A DNA stretch of 64,000 nt from Treponemataceae bacterium. Its GTDB lineage: Bacteria > Spirochaetota > Spirochaetia > Treponematales > Rectinemataceae. The stretch covers positions 608,001-672,000 of the forward strand of contig CAXXHO010000003.1 of the NCBI GenBank assembly GCA_963667725.2, in the 5' to 3' direction. The position numbers and the translations under genes were made by a program. This document shows, piece by piece, positions 1-9,695 of the stretch. The stretch's first letter is position 1. Every line of letters begins with the position of its first letter. Under the pieces are notes generated by a model, which searched no databases, had not been told where the DNA came from, and saw only the letters and a program-made list of their open reading frames with translations.

Positions 1-2168
1 AGCTTGGTGATGACGACCATCGAAAGCGTCTCCCCTGGCGCGTCGACGCCTTCCCAGAAGGAATCGGTGGCGAAGAGGACCGACGAGATGTCGTTCCTGA
101 ACATGGTGAGGAGCCGAGAGCGGTCGTCCATGCCCTGCCTGAAGCAGGTGATGCCGGCCTTCTCCATGACGGGCTTGGCCTTCTCGAAGGTGGCCGAAAG
201 GATGTCGTAGCTCGTGAAGAGGACCAGGGCTCGCCCCCTGGATGCCGTGAGGAGGCGGACGACGGCGTCGCCCACGTAGCTCTTGAAAGCCTCCTTGGCC
301 TTCTGCGGGCTGGGCGCCTGAGCGTCTACGGCCAGGATGGCGTTCGAGGAAAAGGGGAAAGGCGAGGGGTAGTGCTTCGTCTCCACGTCCTCGCGCTGCT
401 TGGAAATGCCGATCCGCTTCATCCAGAAATCGAAGCTGCCGCCCACCGACAAGGTGGCCGAGGTGCAGACGACTGTCCTCACCTTCTCGAAGACCGAGCG
501 CTCGAGGATGGCCGCCACCTCGAGGGGCGTGGCGTTGAACGATATGAAGATGTCCTTCTGCGAGGTGCGCGATTTTTCGAGCCAGAAGATCGTGTCCGGA
601 TTCGCGTCGAAATCCTTGAGCCTCGCGATGAGATCGGCCAACTCGTTGAGGCCCCTGGCTATGATCCGCGCCTCGAAGGCGGAAGGGTCCTGGGCGCGCG
701 ACTCAGGCAAGGCTTCCAGAATGTCGGCGATGATCTTCGTGAGGGCGAGAATGGAGCGCTGGAGCCTGCCCGCCGGTTCGCAGACCGAGGAGACGATCTC
801 CTGGTTTTTCTCCATGAGCCGCAGGGTCGTCTCGGTCGATAAAAGGCGGATGGCGGCGGCTTCTAGGTCCGACATCGAGGCCTGGATTTCCTTCACGGCC
901 GGCTCGAAGGACTTGAGGAGGGATTTACCGATCGCGGGGATGACGGAGAGCTTCGCGAGGGCGCCGAACTGTCCCGTCCTGTTCTTGCGCCAGAGCCGGG
1001 AGAGTTTCTTGACGACGGAAAAGCGCGTGAAACTCTCGGTGAAGAGACTCGTCGCGCTCGCTTCTATCGAGTGGGCTTCGTCCAGGATCAAGGATGAATA
1101 GGCCGGGAGGATGGAGGTCTGCTCGAGGCCGGAACCCCGCTGGCGGGAGGCCAGGTCGGCGAAAAGCAGGTGGTGGTTGACGACGATGATCTGGGCGTCA
1201 GCCGCGTTTTTCCTGACCGAGATCACGTGGCAGCGCTCCCTGCTCGGACAGCGTATCGAAATGCAGGCGTCCGCCTCGGAACAGACCTTGTTCCACACCT
1301 GGTCCTCGACGCGGAAGGGCAGGTCTGCCCTGTCGCCGGAGCCGCCCGATTCGTCCCAGGCGAGAATTCGCTTTAGAGGGCTTTCGTCGTCCAGGAGAAG
1401 GCCTTCCTCCTCGATGGCTTCGCCCAATCTTCGCTTGCAGACATAGTTGGACCTGCCCTTGACGAGGACGGCCTTCAGCTTCTTCTTGAAAATGGAGGCG
1501 ACGAGGGGTATGTCCTTGGAGAAGAGCTGGTCCTGGAGGTTTATCGTGGCGGTGGAGATGACGACTCTTTCCTCGTTGCCCTGAGCCCAGGCCATGGCCG
1601 GCACGAGGTAGGCGAAGGATTTTCCGACGCCGGTGCCGGCTTCGGCGGCGAGGATGCCCCCCTGGTTGAAGAGGGAGGCCACGTCTGAGGTCATGGCGAT
1701 CTGCGAGGCGCGGGGTTCGAAGGCGGGCATTTTCTGGGAAAGTTTGCCGCCCTGGTCGAGGGCGCCGGAGAGGCCTTCCTCGTCCAGCATTCGGTAGGAT
1801 TTCCTGCGCGCCGGCTCGGCCACGATGTAGAGTTCCGTGACCGCGTTGTTGACGATATAGCTGCCGACTCCGTAGGTGCCCGCGTCGGCCGCTATGGCGA
1901 CGTCGGCCTCGGAGGGCTGGAGGTAGCCCGAAGGATGATTATGGATGAGGACGGAGCCTTTCTCGAAGTAGGGGCCGAGGGCGGGAACGGTATCGATGGT
2001 CCCGCGGGCGACGATTTCCACTTCGCGGACGAGGCCGGCCTCGTCGAGGCTGCCGATGGCGAATACTTCGATGCCGCCGGCCGACTCGATGGCTTGCACG
2101 AGTTCTGTGCAGATTTGCGGCGTCAGTCTTTGGCCGGCCTCGACGAGGGCGCTGTGCTGCGTGGACAT
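1..2168 (-). CDS. dinG: DinG/Rad3-family Fe-S ATP-dependent helicase with N-terminal JAB/RadC-like domain (3' end runs off window)
   Basis: Not in the ORF track (no stop in window). Manual translation from ATG 2168 gives HNHPSG..PSEAD (JAB), AEAGTGVGKS (Walker A), KGRSNYVC plus Cys cluster, ILDEAH, TSATL and FWEGVDAPG. The start overlaps the upstream stop (TGATG). Confidence 0.9.
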   Translation of the reverse strand, partial: MSTQHSALVEAGQRLTPQICTELVQAIESAGGIEVFAIGSLDEAGLVREVEIVARGTIDTVPALGPYFEKGSVLIHNHPSGYLQPSEADVAIAADAGTYGVGSYIVNNAVTELYIVAEPARRKSYRMLDEEGLSGALDQGGKLSQKMPAFEPRASQIAMTSDVASLFNQGGILAAEAGTGVGKSFAYLVPAMAWAQGNEERVVISTATINLQDQLFSKDIPLVASIFKKKLKAVLVKGRSNYVCKRRLGEAIEEEGLLLDDESPLKRILAWDESGGSGDRADLPFRVEDQVWNKVCSEADACISIRCPSRERCHVISVRKNAADAQIIVVNHHLLFADLASRQRGSGLEQTSILPAYSSLILDEAHSIEASATSLFTESFTRFSVVKKLSRLWRKNRTGQFGALAKLSVIPAIGKSLLKSFEPAVKEIQASMSDLEAAAIRLLSTETTLRLMEKNQEIVSSVCEPAGRLQRSILALTKIIADILEALPESRAQDPSAFEARIIARGLNELADLIARLKDFDANPDTIFWLEKSRTSQKDIFISFNATPLEVAAILERSVFEKVRTVVCTSATLSVGGSFDFWMKRIGISKQREDVETKHYPSPFPFSSNAILAVDAQAPSPQKAKEAFKSYVGDAVVRLLTASRGRALVLFTSYDILSATFEKAKPVMEKAGITCFRQGMDDRSRLLTMFRNDISSVLFATDSFWEGVDAPGETLSMVVITK

Positions 2169-5152
2169 CAGTAGGTCACTCCCATGCCAAAATCCAGGTG
2201 CAGGGTCTGTCCCCCCGACAGCGTGGAGGAGAAGGCCCAGGAAGCTTCAATGTTTAACGCAATGTGCGCTTCCGCCGCAAGTCCCGCCAGGACCGCTATG
2301 TCGGTTTCCATGCGCGCGAAGGCCGAATAGGGCAGGACGGGGAGGCCGGCCTGTTCGAGGAGAGCCGCGCGCAGTCCGCCCCAGAAGGAAACGCGGCGGA
2401 TGGCCCAGGAGGGGAGGAAGGGCATTGGAATGGGGCCTATGGCTTCCCATAGCTCGAAGGTGGCAATGCGCGCGGCGAGCTCGCCGAAGCCGTACCAGGA
2501 CGAGCCTGCGCCCATGAGGGCATATTCCTTATAGTCGGGGTAGGGAGCCGAGAGCGCCGACGAATAGTAGGCCCCGCCGACCGCGTAGTAGCGTCCCATG
2601 GGATGGAAGAGCAGTTCGTTCGAGGGTGTCCAGGCGCCGTAGAGCGAGAGCTTGGCGGCGGGCCGGGGGATGGCGAAGGACAGGGCGCCCGAGAAGGAAA
2701 AGGCCGAAACCGTGCCCGGAAGGACTTCGTAATCGCCGCTGCCTGAGAGGGCGATGCCCTGGCGATCGAAGGGGGCGAAAGGAAGGGAGCGCATCGAGGA
2801 GTATCCGGCCGCGACGGAGCCGCCCGCCGAACGGTAGTCAAAATCGGGGAAGATGTAATCGGCGACGGTGTAGCCTTCGTCGAGGCCGGCGAAGCTCGCG
2901 GTGGCGCTCGTCCAGAACCTTCGGTTGACGGGCAAAAGGTAGTGATTGTAGCGGTAGCCCATGGCGGCGCCTATCATGCGGGTTGGGGTGATGATGCCCG
3001 CCGAGCTGGAGTCGGTGGAATCGATCGCCGCGATGGCCAGGTAATGTTCATCGACGGCAAGTCCCATCGTGAATGATGTTTCGGGCACGTTCGCTACATA
3101 ATCCCATCCCGCCGAGGCTTCCCAGGACAGCCTTTCGGTGAGGTCGGAGCCTATGAAGGTCAGGCCGGCCGATTCGCTGTCCACGAAGGGGTAGAGGCTC
3201 GCTGAAAGGAGGCGGGGAAAGAGGGTGGGCTTGAGCCGCTCATGGATCTTCTCTGTCGTCTCCGTGGAAGCGGAAGCCGGGGCCGATCGCGCCGAGAGCG
3301 AGGCTCTTGTTGTCTCGAGCGGCTTCCAGGCGACGTCGGAGGGCCCGGCGTATGAAGCGATGGTCGATTCGTCGAATCGCGCGACGCGCAATTCCTGTTC
3401 GCCGTCCCCGAGCGCGGCTTTGTATATCAGCCGCTTCCTGCCCGCGAAAACCGGGGAAAAAGCGCCGCCTTCGGGCGCCGTTTTCTGCAGATAAAGCTTC
3501 CATCCCTCGGCCGTTTCCGCGAGGACAGCGATTCGGGAAAGCCCGCCTTCGGAAGCCGCGCTCATGGCGATGAGCTGCCCGAAGCCGTCGCTTTGTCCCA
3601 GAGAAGGGCTGCCCGCCAAAGCCAGGGAGCGGACGAAAAGGAGGGGGCTGTCCAGGATTTCCATGGCGCCGTCGGCTGATTGGCGCGCGGGCATTACGCG
3701 GGTGCCCATCCTGACGAGTCCGTATCGATAGCCCGTAGATGAATCGAGCCTTGGCTTGTGCAGGAAGGGAAGCGGGGCTCCCGGCTCCTGGTTGGCCATG
3801 GCGGCGCCGGATTTTTCGACTTCGCGCTCCTGGGGCTGGCTCATGGTTTTGTCGTTTAAGTTATAGAAATACCTGGCGGGCTCTATTCGGCCGCCAGTTC
3901 CTATCCTTATCCAATCTATGCCTAGCGAGCCGCCGTCGGCCGAAATCCACAAATCCTCGATGTAGCCGTCGCCCGGAAATAGCTTGAGCGGTTTAGCCTG
4001 CCCGGATTCCAGGTCCAGCGCGAAGACGTTCCGTCTTTCCTGGTCGAGGTAATAGAAGCGTTTTTCGTCGGCTTGGAAGGCGCCTATGCGCCTGCCCGCC
4101 GCGGCGATCGCGGTGTCCTGCGGGCCTGCCGTTTCCTCTGCCCGGCTCCCGAGCCAATCCAGGAACTCGTTCCAGAGCGCGGCGGGCTGCCGTCCGCTGT
4201 ACTTCCCCAGGAGGCCTCGCGTGCCGAAAGTGCCGTCGAAGCCCGTGAAAAGGTTGCCCCGCGCGGCCAGGCGCCAGAGGTCCCGGATGCTTTCGCCGCC
4301 ATAGCGCTCTTCCATGAAACTCGCGAAGAGGGCGCCGTAATAGTAGGGCATGCCTCCTGAGCCCGGATAGTCGGCTACGCCCGACACGTCCCATAAGCCC
4401 CGCCGCCTGCCCTGCAGAATATCCAGGTAAACGGGCTCGAGGGCGGCGGGGTCATGCAGCCTTCCCGTCCGCGGCAGCGCCGACTCCGGCGCCGCCGACT
4501 TTGGCGCCGAGCCTTCCCGAAGCGCCTCAGGCACCCCATACCTGCTCTCCACCCATACGGCCGTCCCTTCGACGAGAGCCTCGGGCATGATCCAGGAGAC
4601 GGGCGCCACGAAATCGCCGCCGATCGCGGCCAGCGCCGCCCAGAAGTGAGAGCGCATATTGACGGTTATCGTATGGGTAAGTTCGTGGATGAAAACCGAA
4701 CGCAGTTCGTCCTCCAGCGAGGCCAGTTCGCCAGAGGGGCCGGCCGACGAAACGTAGAGGACGATCCTGTTGGATGGATAGGCCGTCGAGTAGCCGTTCA
4801 GGTCGGGTTCGACATCGCTCAAAAGGACAGCGATCCTGCCGCTGGGAAAGGAAATCCCGGAGGCGGCGGAATTTTTGCCCCCGGCGGTCGCGCCGAAGAA
4901 TCCCAGGAGATCCGCCATTGTTTCGTCCGCGAAAGCGGCAAGTCTCTGCCCCTGGGCCTCGAGGGAAGGAGGGAAATATATATCGAAGGAATCCGTGCGG
5001 ATATGCTCCATGAGGGAGAAAGATCGTACGGCTTGGCCCTCCGCGCGGCCGGGCAGGGCGAAAAGGAAAAGGATCAGGGCGGAAAAAGCTGCTTTTATAA
5101 AAAAATCCCGGAATTGGCGGGATGGTCTGATGATCGCGTCATGTTTCACCAT
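2168..5152 (-). CDS. Large exported protein: zinc-peptidase-like (HELTH) domain, probable beta-propeller, and C-terminal outer-membrane beta-barrel
   Basis: 994 aa ORF with signal peptide, HExxH plus downstream EG motif, amphipathic beta-strands and a C-terminal aromatic residue (…FGMGVTY). Confidence 0.7.
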   Translation of the reverse strand: MVKHDAIIRPSRQFRDFFIKAAFSALILFLFALPGRAEGQAVRSFSLMEHIRTDSFDIYFPPSLEAQGQRLAAFADETMADLLGFFGATAGGKNSAASGISFPSGRIAVLLSDVEPDLNGYSTAYPSNRIVLYVSSAGPSGELASLEDELRSVFIHELTHTITVNMRSHFWAALAAIGGDFVAPVSWIMPEALVEGTAVWVESRYGVPEALREGSAPKSAAPESALPRTGRLHDPAALEPVYLDILQGRRRGLWDVSGVADYPGSGGMPYYYGALFASFMEERYGGESIRDLWRLAARGNLFTGFDGTFGTRGLLGKYSGRQPAALWNEFLDWLGSRAEETAGPQDTAIAAAGRRIGAFQADEKRFYYLDQERRNVFALDLESGQAKPLKLFPGDGYIEDLWISADGGSLGIDWIRIGTGGRIEPARYFYNLNDKTMSQPQEREVEKSGAAMANQEPGAPLPFLHKPRLDSSTGYRYGLVRMGTRVMPARQSADGAMEILDSPLLFVRSLALAGSPSLGQSDGFGQLIAMSAASEGGLSRIAVLAETAEGWKLYLQKTAPEGGAFSPVFAGRKRLIYKAALGDGEQELRVARFDESTIASYAGPSDVAWKPLETTRASLSARSAPASASTETTEKIHERLKPTLFPRLLSASLYPFVDSESAGLTFIGSDLTERLSWEASAGWDYVANVPETSFTMGLAVDEHYLAIAAIDSTDSSSAGIITPTRMIGAAMGYRYNHYLLPVNRRFWTSATASFAGLDEGYTVADYIFPDFDYRSAGGSVAAGYSSMRSLPFAPFDRQGIALSGSGDYEVLPGTVSAFSFSGALSFAIPRPAAKLSLYGAWTPSNELLFHPMGRYYAVGGAYYSSALSAPYPDYKEYALMGAGSSWYGFGELAARIATFELWEAIGPIPMPFLPSWAIRRVSFWGGLRAALLEQAGLPVLPYSAFARMETDIAVLAGLAAEAHIALNIEASWAFSSTLSGGQTLHLDFGMGVTY

Positions 5153-5257
5153 TTCAATGTACCACTTTTACGGCGAATACGAAACCGCGCCGGCTCTGTG
5201 AAGCTCTCCGGGGTATGGCGCTCGATACGAATTCGCGGTATCTTATCTCCCATAGTC

Positions 5258-5563
5258 ATGAAATCAGAACCAGAAACCATCCAGGGCGCTTTTTCCCCCG
5301 GCGCGCGGCGATATGCCGCGGCGGCGCTCAGGGAAACGAAGGCTTCGGGCTTTTTCGGCGCCGCGAAGCAGTCGCCCCGGGAGAGCTTCGCCCGCGCGAT
5401 CCGCGAGCTGTCGACCGAAGACGAAGAATTGCCCCTCCCCGACGAACAGAGCCCCATCGTCTTCAAGGATGGAATATTCCAGATTGATGTTACCAACGCG
5501 GGAGCTCCCTCCACTATTGATCCAGCCTTGAAGGGACTCATCGATTCAATTCTGGGAACCTGA
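5258..5563 (+). CDS. Hypothetical protein (~101 aa)
   Basis: C-terminal part of ORF 4454..5563 taken from ATG 5258. It fills the gap before xth and has a plausible protein composition. Confidence 0.55.
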   Translation: MKSEPETIQGAFSPGARRYAAAALRETKASGFFGAAKQSPRESFARAIRELSTEDEELPLPDEQSPIVFKDGIFQIDVTNAGAPSTIDPALKGLIDSILGT

Positions 5564-5577
5564 ACGAAGGAAAACGC

Positions 5578-6360
5578 ATGAAGAAGCTTTTATCGTGGAA
5601 CGTGAACGGAATACGCTCCTGCTCGGGCAAGGGTTTTCTCGATTGGCTCAAGGCTGAGGACGCCGATTTCGTCTGTCTTCAGGAGACCAAAGCCCATCCC
5701 GACCAGCTTACCCTCGAACTCCAGAACCCCCTCAGGGGAGACGGCAAACCATATGCCGTCTACTGGTCCAGCTCCAAACGCAGAGGCTATTCCGGCACCG
5801 CCATCTTCTCCAAGAGGGAAGCCAGTTCCGTCTCCACCCTGGGCATCCCCGAATTCGACGACGAAGGCCGCGCCGTCATCGCCGATTACGACGATTTCGT
5901 CCTCGTCTCCGCCTATTTTCCCAACAGCCAGGATGCGGGAGTCAGGATCGACTACAAGCTGCGCTTCTGCGACGCTATCCTCGCCTATTGCGATGGACTG
6001 CGGGCCAAGGGACGCCATGTCGTCGTCGCGGGCGACTACAACATAGCCCACAGGCCCATCGATCTCGCGAGGCCCGACCAGAACGTGGGCAATCCCGGCT
6101 ACTTGCCCGAAGAGCGGGCCTGGATGGACAAATACACGAGCGCCGGCTATATAGACACGTTCCGCCATCTCTGTCCCGAGCCCAGGCATTACAGTTGGTG
6201 GACCTATAGGGTTCCCCAGGCCAGGGTCAACAACGTGGGCTGGCGCCTGGACTACCACTGCATCGATCCGGAATTCCTCCCGGCGCTCGCGGGCGCCGGC
6301 ATCCAGTCGGAGGTCATGGGTTCGGATCACTGCCCCGTTTCGCTTGCCCTCGATATTTGA
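5578..6360 (+). CDS. xth: Exodeoxyribonuclease III
   Basis: SWNVNGIR, CLQETK, YFPN, GDYNIAH, GWRLDY and GSDHCP motifs. Confidence 0.95.
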   Translation: MKKLLSWNVNGIRSCSGKGFLDWLKAEDADFVCLQETKAHPDQLTLELQNPLRGDGKPYAVYWSSSKRRGYSGTAIFSKREASSVSTLGIPEFDDEGRAVIADYDDFVLVSAYFPNSQDAGVRIDYKLRFCDAILAYCDGLRAKGRHVVVAGDYNIAHRPIDLARPDQNVGNPGYLPEERAWMDKYTSAGYIDTFRHLCPEPRHYSWWTYRVPQARVNNVGWRLDYHCIDPEFLPALAGAGIQSEVMGSDHCPVSLALDI

Positions 6361-6417
6361 GGTCATCGCTTCCATCGCCACGATAACCGGATCGAAATTC
6401 CGGAGAGGAGGATCGCT

Positions 6418-6981
6418 ATGAGGATTCGCTACAACGCGCCAGTGACGCTCACCTTCACCTTTCTTTCGGCCATCGTCCTCATCCTTTCCATTACCATATT
6501 GCCCTCGCTTACGTCCAATTGGTTTTCCACGCCGGCCCCCTTCAGGACCAATGTTTTCACGGACTATCTGAAGCTTTTTACCTATATTTTCGGCCACGGT
6601 TCGGTTCAGCACTACATGGGCAATTTCACGATGATCCTCCTCCTGGGTCCCATTCTGGAGATGGCCTATGGATCGGGATTCATCCTCCTCAGCATCATAG
6701 TCGCGGCGGCGACCACGGGGCTCTTGAACGTGCTTATTTTCCCGAACACGGTGCTTCTGGGCGCCTCGGGCATCGTCTTCATGATGATCATCCTCGCCTC
6801 CATAACGAACTTCAACAAGGGCGAAATACCGCTCACCTTCATTCTCGTCATGATCGTCTACCTGGGCGGCCAGGTATGGGACGCTCTCGCGAAGCAGGAC
6901 AATATCTCGCAGTTCGCCCACATAGCGGGCGGGCTCGCGGGAAGTCTCATGGGCTTTTTCCGCGCGCGGCCGCGGTCCTGA
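6418..6981 (+). CDS. Rhomboid-family intramembrane serine protease
   Basis: Multiple TM segments, GASG catalytic Ser motif, AHIAGG His motif; RBS GAGGAGG. Confidence 0.88.
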   Translation: MRIRYNAPVTLTFTFLSAIVLILSITILPSLTSNWFSTPAPFRTNVFTDYLKLFTYIFGHGSVQHYMGNFTMILLLGPILEMAYGSGFILLSIIVAAATTGLLNVLIFPNTVLLGASGIVFMMIILASITNFNKGEIPLTFILVMIVYLGGQVWDALAKQDNISQFAHIAGGLAGSLMGFFRARPRS

Positions 6982-7049
6982 AAGGCGAATCCCTAGAAGG
7001 CGGGCCAGGAAGGCCGCGAAGCCGCGGTCCTGAAATTTGGGAGGAATCG

Positions 7050-8285
7050 ATGTACGGTTTGATCAAGGAAGAGCTTAGGCAGAAGCTTTCGGCCATCAGG
7101 ACGGAAGGTCTCTACAAGGATGAACGCGTCATAGCGACGCCTCAGGACGCGGCGATCAGGGTCGTAGGCGGCAAGGAAGTCCTCAATTTCTGCGCCAACA
7201 ACTATCTCGGCCTCGCGAACAACGCCGAAATCCGGGCGGCGGCCAAAGCGGCCATGGAGGAATGGGGTTACGGAATGGCTTCCGTCCGCTTCATCTGCGG
7301 CACCCAGAGTCCCCATAAGCTTCTTGAACGCAGGGTCGCGGAGTTCCTCGGCACCGAGGACGCCATTCTCTTCTCATCCTGCTTCGACTCCAATGGCGCC
7401 GTCTTCGAGCCTCTGCTGGACGAGAACTGCGCTATCATAACCGACAGCCTCAACCATGCCTCCATCATCGACGGCGTCAGGCTCTGCAAGGCCAAACGTT
7501 TTGTTTTCAAGCATGCCGACATGCGCGATATCGAAGAAACCGACCCCGACACCGGCAAGGTAGCCAAGGGTCTCGAGCACTGTCTGAAAGAGGCGTCCGA
7601 CGCGAGGATCCGCATGATCGCCACGGACGGCGTCTTCTCCATGGACGGCGACATAGCCGATCTCAAATCCATCTGCGCGCTCGCCGAGAAATATGACGCC
7701 CTCGTCATGGTGGACGATTCTCACGCTACCGGATTCACCGGGGCGACGGGGCGCGGCACCTGGGAACATTGCGGCGTGAAGGGAAGGGTGGACATCATCA
7801 CCACCACCTTCGGCAAGGCGCTGGGCGGGGCTTCCGGCGGCGTGATCGCCTCCAGGAAGGAAATTGTCGAGTACATGAGGCAGAAGGCCAGGCCCTATCT
7901 CTTCTCCAACACCGTGGCGCCCTCCATCGTGGGAGGCACGCTGAAGGCTCTCGAGCTTCTCAGCGCGTCAACCGCCCTGAGGGACAAGCTCGAGGCGAAT
8001 ACCAGGCGGTTCAGGGAGAAGATGACGGCGGCGGGCTTCGACATCAGGCCTGGCGTCCATCCTATTTGCCCTGTCATGCTTTACAACGAAAAACTGGCCC
8101 ACGACATGGCCGATGCCCTTCTCGAGGAAGGCATCTATGTCATCGGATTCTCTTTCCCCGTCGTGCCGAGGGGCAAGGCCCGCATCAGGGTGCAGATTTC
8201 CGCCGCCCATGAACCGGGGCAGATCGACTTCGCCGTGGAGGCGTTTACCAAGGTGGGAAGAGGGCTGGGCGTGATCAAGGCATGA
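7050..8285 (+). CDS. kbl: Glycine C-acetyltransferase (2-amino-3-ketobutyrate CoA ligase)
   Basis: [34 protein letters not shown] and [11 protein letters not shown] motifs; ATG 7050 follows GGGAGG RBS. Confidence 0.93.
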   Translation: MYGLIKEELRQKLSAIRTEGLYKDERVIATPQDAAIRVVGGKEVLNFCANNYLGLANNAEIRAAAKAAMEEWGYGMASVRFICGTQSPHKLLERRVAEFLGTEDAILFSSCFDSNGAVFEPLLDENCAIITDSLNHASIIDGVRLCKAKRFVFKHADMRDIEETDPDTGKVAKGLEHCLKEASDARIRMIATDGVFSMDGDIADLKSICALAEKYDALVMVDDSHATGFTGATGRGTWEHCGVKGRVDIITTTFGKALGGASGGVIASRKEIVEYMRQKARPYLFSNTVAPSIVGGTLKALELLSASTALRDKLEANTRRFREKMTAAGFDIRPGVHPICPVMLYNEKLAHDMADALLEEGIYVIGFSFPVVPRGKARIRVQISAAHEPGQIDFAVEAFTKVGRGLGVIKA

Positions 8286-8384
8286 GGGAACTTTCCCGCG
8301 CCTACTTTACGTTCCGGAAGGTTTTCGCTATATTTTCTATTCGAACCAACATTTCATCATTTCGCAAGACCGAGGTTAATTCTA

Positions 8385-8645
8385 ATGCCTACGTATGAGT
8401 ATGAATGCCGAGAGTGCAAGCTTACTTTCGAAAAGTTCCAGTCCATGTCAGAGGATCCTGTCAAGGTCTGCCCCAAGTGCGGCGGAGCCGTCAGGCGTCT
8501 GATCGGCGGCGGAACCGGCGTCATCTTCAAGGGCAGTGGTTTCTATATCACCGACTCCAAGAAGGCGGGCAGCGCGTCCACGAAGAGCGCCGCCAAGAGC
8601 TGCGAGACCTGTCCGGCGAGCACTACCAAGAAGGAGAGCGCCTAG
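8385..8645 (+). CDS. FmdB-family zinc-ribbon protein
   Basis: MPTYEYEC..C…CPKCGG…FKGSGFYITD signature. Confidence 0.88.
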   Translation: MPTYEYECRECKLTFEKFQSMSEDPVKVCPKCGGAVRRLIGGGTGVIFKGSGFYITDSKKAGSASTKSAAKSCETCPASTTKKESA

Positions 8646-8648
8646 AGC

Positions 8649-9539
8649 CTATACGCCTTTCTCCAGCTGGGTTTTGGCCTCTTCCAGGGGCATGTCGAGC
8701 AGTTCGGGATTGGCGATGAGTCTGTAGAAGACCGAGGCCGAGCGTGCGAAGTAGAGGCCGTCGGAAATCCTTTCGTCCACCGTTACCTTGAAATTTATGA
8801 AGTGGTGTTTCGTGCCGAAGGGGCCGTGGTGGCTGTCCTTCTGCGTGAGTTTGCCCATTACCACGAAGAAGCTGATGGTGCCCCATTCGTAGAGATGGTG
8901 GAAGGGCGCATCGAGTCCGATGCTACCCAGATTCGCGAAGAAGAGGGTGGCGTAGAAGGGGTCCACCTCGATGAGGCCTTTCGGGGCAAGATTGATGCGG
9001 TCGAGAATCCTGTAGAGGCCGATAAGCAGAGCCTTGGCGCCGGGAATGCTGTGGGCGAGCTTGGCTATCTTCTCGCCGTCCCCGCCTTCCCCAACCTCCC
9101 GCACATAGTTGATAGCCTTGTTAACCTTCAGCGTCACCTCGTCGAGATCGTCCTCGGGCTTGAAAACAACCTTGGCGCTTCCTTCCGGGGCTTCTTCCGT
9201 CATTTTCTGCTTCACGATGAAGGACATGGTTATGTCGTTGTGCTCGTAGAGGGCCTTGCCGTGTATGAAACGGTTTAGTTCAGGCCTGATCGCCACGGTC
9301 CGCACCATAGCAGCCAGGACGAGGGAAAACAATGAATATCGATCCTGGCCCGAATTCTCGCTCTGATTCTTCAGTCCCGAGTTTCTCGCCCTCACGAAGC
9401 GCAGGATATTCTCGACATCCACGTCCTTCTCATAGTACACGGCCGATTGATTGCGTCCGCGCATCATGTAGGGCATAAGCGCGTTGAGCGCATGGGCTTG
9501 TCGGACTTTTTTGCCGTCTGGTCTGTCGATGAAAAGCAT
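8649..9539 (-). CDS. Stand-alone 2-oxo-acid dehydrogenase E2-like acyltransferase catalytic domain protein
   Basis: PELNRFI, NLGSIG and VDERISDG (variant of DHRxxDG); no lipoyl domain. Confidence 0.7.
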   Translation of the reverse strand: MLFIDRPDGKKVRQAHALNALMPYMMRGRNQSAVYYEKDVDVENILRFVRARNSGLKNQSENSGQDRYSLFSLVLAAMVRTVAIRPELNRFIHGKALYEHNDITMSFIVKQKMTEEAPEGSAKVVFKPEDDLDEVTLKVNKAINYVREVGEGGDGEKIAKLAHSIPGAKALLIGLYRILDRINLAPKGLIEVDPFYATLFFANLGSIGLDAPFHHLYEWGTISFFVVMGKLTQKDSHHGPFGTKHHFINFKVTVDERISDGLYFARSASVFYRLIANPELLDMPLEEAKTQLEKGV

Positions 9540-9695
9540 GGAATGAACTATATAGCAGCGATACGCTTAGGTAAAGTATCGAAAGGCGCCGCGTCCCCGG
9601 GCTGGAAAATTTGGTTTTTTTCGCTCGCGCGGGGATTTTTTTCGGTTTTCCTGTGTTAAACTCAATATATCTCTTTTTTCAGGAGGCACCACGTT

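Noticed and set aside
4..2517. Plus-strand ORFs over the first 2.5 kb (e.g. 400..1101, 372..842)
   Set aside because: Antisense shadows of the minus-strand dinG; high GC makes stop-poor alternate frames.
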